DNA of 63,797 nucleotides, filler included, from Bacteroidales bacterium (GTDB lineage Bacteria; Bacteroidota; Bacteroidia; Bacteroidales; CAIWKO01): NCBI GenBank assembly GCA_035389045.1. It is 3 parts of 3 records of this genome, joined end to end, with 100 filler letters (N's around TTAATTAATTAA, not from the genome) between each part and the next. Parts side by side here need not be neighbours in the genome. Positions count along the whole stretch, not along the records: positions 57,246 to 63,797 come from DAOORA010000113.1; 2 more parts are not named here. One strand, 5' to 3'. Shown piece by piece: positions 61,121 to 63,797 of this stretch (position 1 is its first letter; each line of letters starts with the position of its first letter). The notes under the pieces were generated by a model. It saw only the letters and a program-made list of their open reading frames with translations, ran no database searches and was not told where the DNA came from. The position numbers and the translations under genes were made by a program.

Positions 61121-63514
61121 TCAAAACTCAATAATCAATCCCAGTGTAGGTAAAATATTGCCTGCCGGATTATCCAGGTATATGGCCTGATATTTTGAAG
61201 GATCCACGGGGTCAATAAGAGGGGTTCCGTTCTCGTCTCTTACTATGTCAATGATCGGAGCCTGATCGCTTTTGAAATTATATATATTCTGAATGTCTAC
61301 ATATAAATTCAGTGTCAGGAATTTCCAGAAAAACTTTTTGTCTACCCTGATATCCAGGCTGTGGAAGGGCTTGGCCCGAAGCGAATTCAGCAGATTGTAG
61401 TCGAATATTCCCTGATAGCGCACATTCCAGTTGGCGATAGTTCTTGTTGCCTCAAAATCATAAGGTGTGTAAGGCGAACCTTTGGAAAACCTCCATTTGA
61501 TGCCGACATCCCAATAATGCTTAAAAGATTTGCCCAAAGTAATATTGACAATGTGCTCATTATCCCATGACGACGAAACATACTTATTGTTTTTATCCTT
61601 GAATTCGCTTTTCACAAATGTATAGGTAACGATTCCATAAAAGCCCTTGTAAAGTTTCTGCTGGGCCAGAAACTCTATGCCCATACTTCTGCCTTTGGAA
61701 GTGCTTACCACCTCATCGTTGCCTATCACGCCAAAGTTGCTTCCCAGGTTGGCCAGCGAAATAGAATCACGCACCAGAAAAGGATACTTGCTGTATGCCT
61801 TATAAAATCCCTCCACGTTCAGTTTCATATTGAATTTTGTCACATACTCCAAACCGGCCACCAGATGATATACATTGATGTAGGAAACATTGTTGTTTTT
61901 ATTTACCAGTTCATTATTGTTGTTGCGGTAACCCAGCACCGTATAGGGAGGCAACTGGTAATACCAGCCGGCATTGGTCACCAGGGTTAACTTATCTGTA
62001 AGATGCACCGTAAAAGACACCCTGGGCGATATCTGACGCAGCGGATTGGTCATGGATTCATCGTAATCATTACCGTCAATTCTCAGCCCCAGCGACAAAC
62101 CAAAATGATCCCTGAAAAGCAAAAAACTGGCCTGCCCGAACACCCCATAGCGCCACATATCAAATTCCGATTCAAAATCAATGGTATCGGGGCCAAATGG
62201 AGTGGCGATGCGATTAAAGGTAGCGTTGTTGTACTTATCATATTCCATATTCAGTCCGTAATTCAGCTTAATGGCTTTGGTGAGCCTGGCTGTGTGCTCC
62301 AAACGGAATTTATTTTCGATTTCCTGCGACTGGTAATCCTGCAGCAGGTTTTCATCGGCTTCTACATTATTCTGATATTTGAAAGAACGGTTGTTCAGGA
62401 AATTCCTGCTCAGCACCGCTGTGAGATAACTTTCTTTAAAATAATGTACATATTTAGCCCCTAACATGTAATTCCACTGGTTGGACACCGGCAGGTACCT
62501 CAGCAGGTATTTTTGCTGGTCGGTGCCTGTTTCCTGAAGTTTGGTATTCAGCTTAAACCTGTCTAAAGCCCCCAGGCCAAGCACGGTAAGTTCATTTTTG
62601 TTGTCTGGTTTCCATTTATACTTCAACTGGAAATCATTATAAGTAGGTAAAAATGGCAGCTTCAGCAGGTTAAAAAGCAATTTAAGATACGATTGCCTGG
62701 CCGACACCAGAAAGGTGGCATTTTTATGCAGGGGGCCTTCAACGGATAAGCCTATATCGCTGGCGCCAATGGTAAACTTTCCGCCGACCTTGTCTTTGTT
62801 ACCGTCTTTTAAGCTGAATTCCATGATAGAACTCATCACATTGCCCCGGTTCGCCGGAAAAGCGCTTGAATAAAACTCCACTTCCCTGATAAAATCAGTG
62901 TTTATCATGCCTGCCGGCCCCCCCGAAGAACCCTGCGTAGCAAAATGGTTGATGTTGGGGACTTCTATCCCGTCAATATAAAAACGATTTTCATTGGGTG
63001 CTCCTCCCCTGATGATGATATCATTACGATAGGCCACCGTGGCAGCCACGCCGGGAAACGACTGTATCACTTTTGAAATATCCCGGTTGCCTCCGGGATA
63101 ACGTGCCAACTCATTGGCGCTGATCGTCCTCATAGATATCGGACTTTCTTCTTTTTTCACAAACGGAGAAGCCTTCACCTCTACCCCTTTTAAGTCTTCA
63201 ACGGTTTGTTCCATGGCAATATCAACAAGTGTCGGCTTTAATGAAGTTACCTCTATCTCGTAAACGGTTTTGTTTTTGTAACCCACAAAAGTCGCTATTA
63301 GGGTATACGTACCGGGCTGAAGCTTCGTTATTTCAAAATTTCCATCTATATCGGTCGAAGTTCCGGTAGTGGTTCCCTGTACCACCACATTTACAAAAGG
63401 CAGCGGCTCATTGTTCACCGCATCATAAATGTGACCTTTGATCCCGCCGTTCTGTGCCGTCAGAAACAAAGAAGGGAACAATAATAACAACAGTAATACT
63501 ATTTTTGCTTTCAT
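61121..63514 (-). CDS. TonB-dependent receptor with N-terminal carboxypeptidase-regulatory-like domain
   Basis: NEPLPFVNV...TDIDGNF; plug IIIRGG..NENRFYIDG; LDIRVDK; DIQNIYN; terminal IIEF. Confidence 0.95.
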   Translation of the reverse strand: MKAKIVLLLLLLFPSLFLTAQNGGIKGHIYDAVNNEPLPFVNVVVQGTTTGTSTDIDGNFEITKLQPGTYTLIATFVGYKNKTVYEIEVTSLKPTLVDIAMEQTVEDLKGVEVKASPFVKKEESPISMRTISANELARYPGGNRDISKVIQSFPGVAATVAYRNDIIIRGGAPNENRFYIDGIEVPNINHFATQGSSGGPAGMINTDFIREVEFYSSAFPANRGNVMSSIMEFSLKDGNKDKVGGKFTIGASDIGLSVEGPLHKNATFLVSARQSYLKLLFNLLKLPFLPTYNDFQLKYKWKPDNKNELTVLGLGALDRFKLNTKLQETGTDQQKYLLRYLPVSNQWNYMLGAKYVHYFKESYLTAVLSRNFLNNRSFKYQNNVEADENLLQDYQSQEIENKFRLEHTARLTKAIKLNYGLNMEYDKYNNATFNRIATPFGPDTIDFESEFDMWRYGVFGQASFLLFRDHFGLSLGLRIDGNDYDESMTNPLRQISPRVSFTVHLTDKLTLVTNAGWYYQLPPYTVLGYRNNNNELVNKNNNVSYINVYHLVAGLEYVTKFNMKLNVEGFYKAYSKYPFLVRDSISLANLGSNFGVIGNDEVVSTSKGRSMGIEFLAQQKLYKGFYGIVTYTFVKSEFKDKNNKYVSSSWDNEHIVNITLGKSFKHYWDVGIKWRFSKGSPYTPYDFEATRTIANWNVRYQGIFDYNLLNSLRAKPFHSLDIRVDKKFFWKFLTLNLYVDIQNIYNFKSDQAPIIDIVRDENGTPLIDPVDPSKYQAIYLDNPAGNILPTLGLIIEF

Positions 63515-63797
63515 GTCATTAAATTTTTAGGTACAAAATTACTTATTTTTTTATTAATTAGAATGATTCCAAATAATTTTTTTTTATTTTTTTTAATGTT
63601 GTCCGGTTAATTTTTTTAATATTTAGTATTTCGTACCTACGGCGCGTATATAAATTGGTAAATTATTCATTCTGATAATATTATAGACCTTTGGAACTTT
63701 TTCAGCCTTGTTAGATGCTGCATATTGGCGAAAAAAACATTCTAACATAGATTTTCATGTCAATAATAGACCGTATTTATCTTTATAGATTTTACAA

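Noticed and set aside
19389..62464. Numerous 60-210 aa antisense or overlapping ORFs in the track (e.g. 19389-19997, 24443-25069, 32615-33142)
   Set aside because: Shadows of well-supported genes on the other strand or frame.

Overview
A 63.8-kb AT-rich window from an environmental Bacteroidota (probably Bacteroidales) draft genome, judged from T9SS C-terminal domains, TAnnTTTG promoters and gene content. It is three contigs joined by artificial N44-TTAATTAATTAA-N44 linkers (28840-28939, 57146-57245). The first 15.5 kb is an accessory locus of four tandem, signal-peptide-bearing, phage-tail-fibre/YadA-head-like genes ending in Peptidase_S74 self-cleaving chaperone domains. They are mosaics of one another. 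The third is cleanly interrupted by a 140-bp element whose precise removal restores the frame, and the array is followed by 3.5 copies of a ~127-bp palindromic repeat. Next come a DUF134/NifX/thioesterase/methionine-gamma-lyase operon, then htpG, dacB and dnaK (both chaperones share a sigma54-like promoter motif) and coaD. After the first linker are an ECF sigma with a beta-barrel-terminated anti-sigma candidate and T9SS cargo genes, miaA, and a DapA-like/ThrB-like/SDR operon whose DapA homologue has all three catalytic-triad residues substituted. The rest holds ung, lipA, rmuC, ppnP, two pairs of small lipoproteins and a TonB-dependent receptor. No rRNA, tRNA, CRISPR array, transposase or reverse transcriptase was recognised. 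All calls come from reading motifs by eye; no searches were run.
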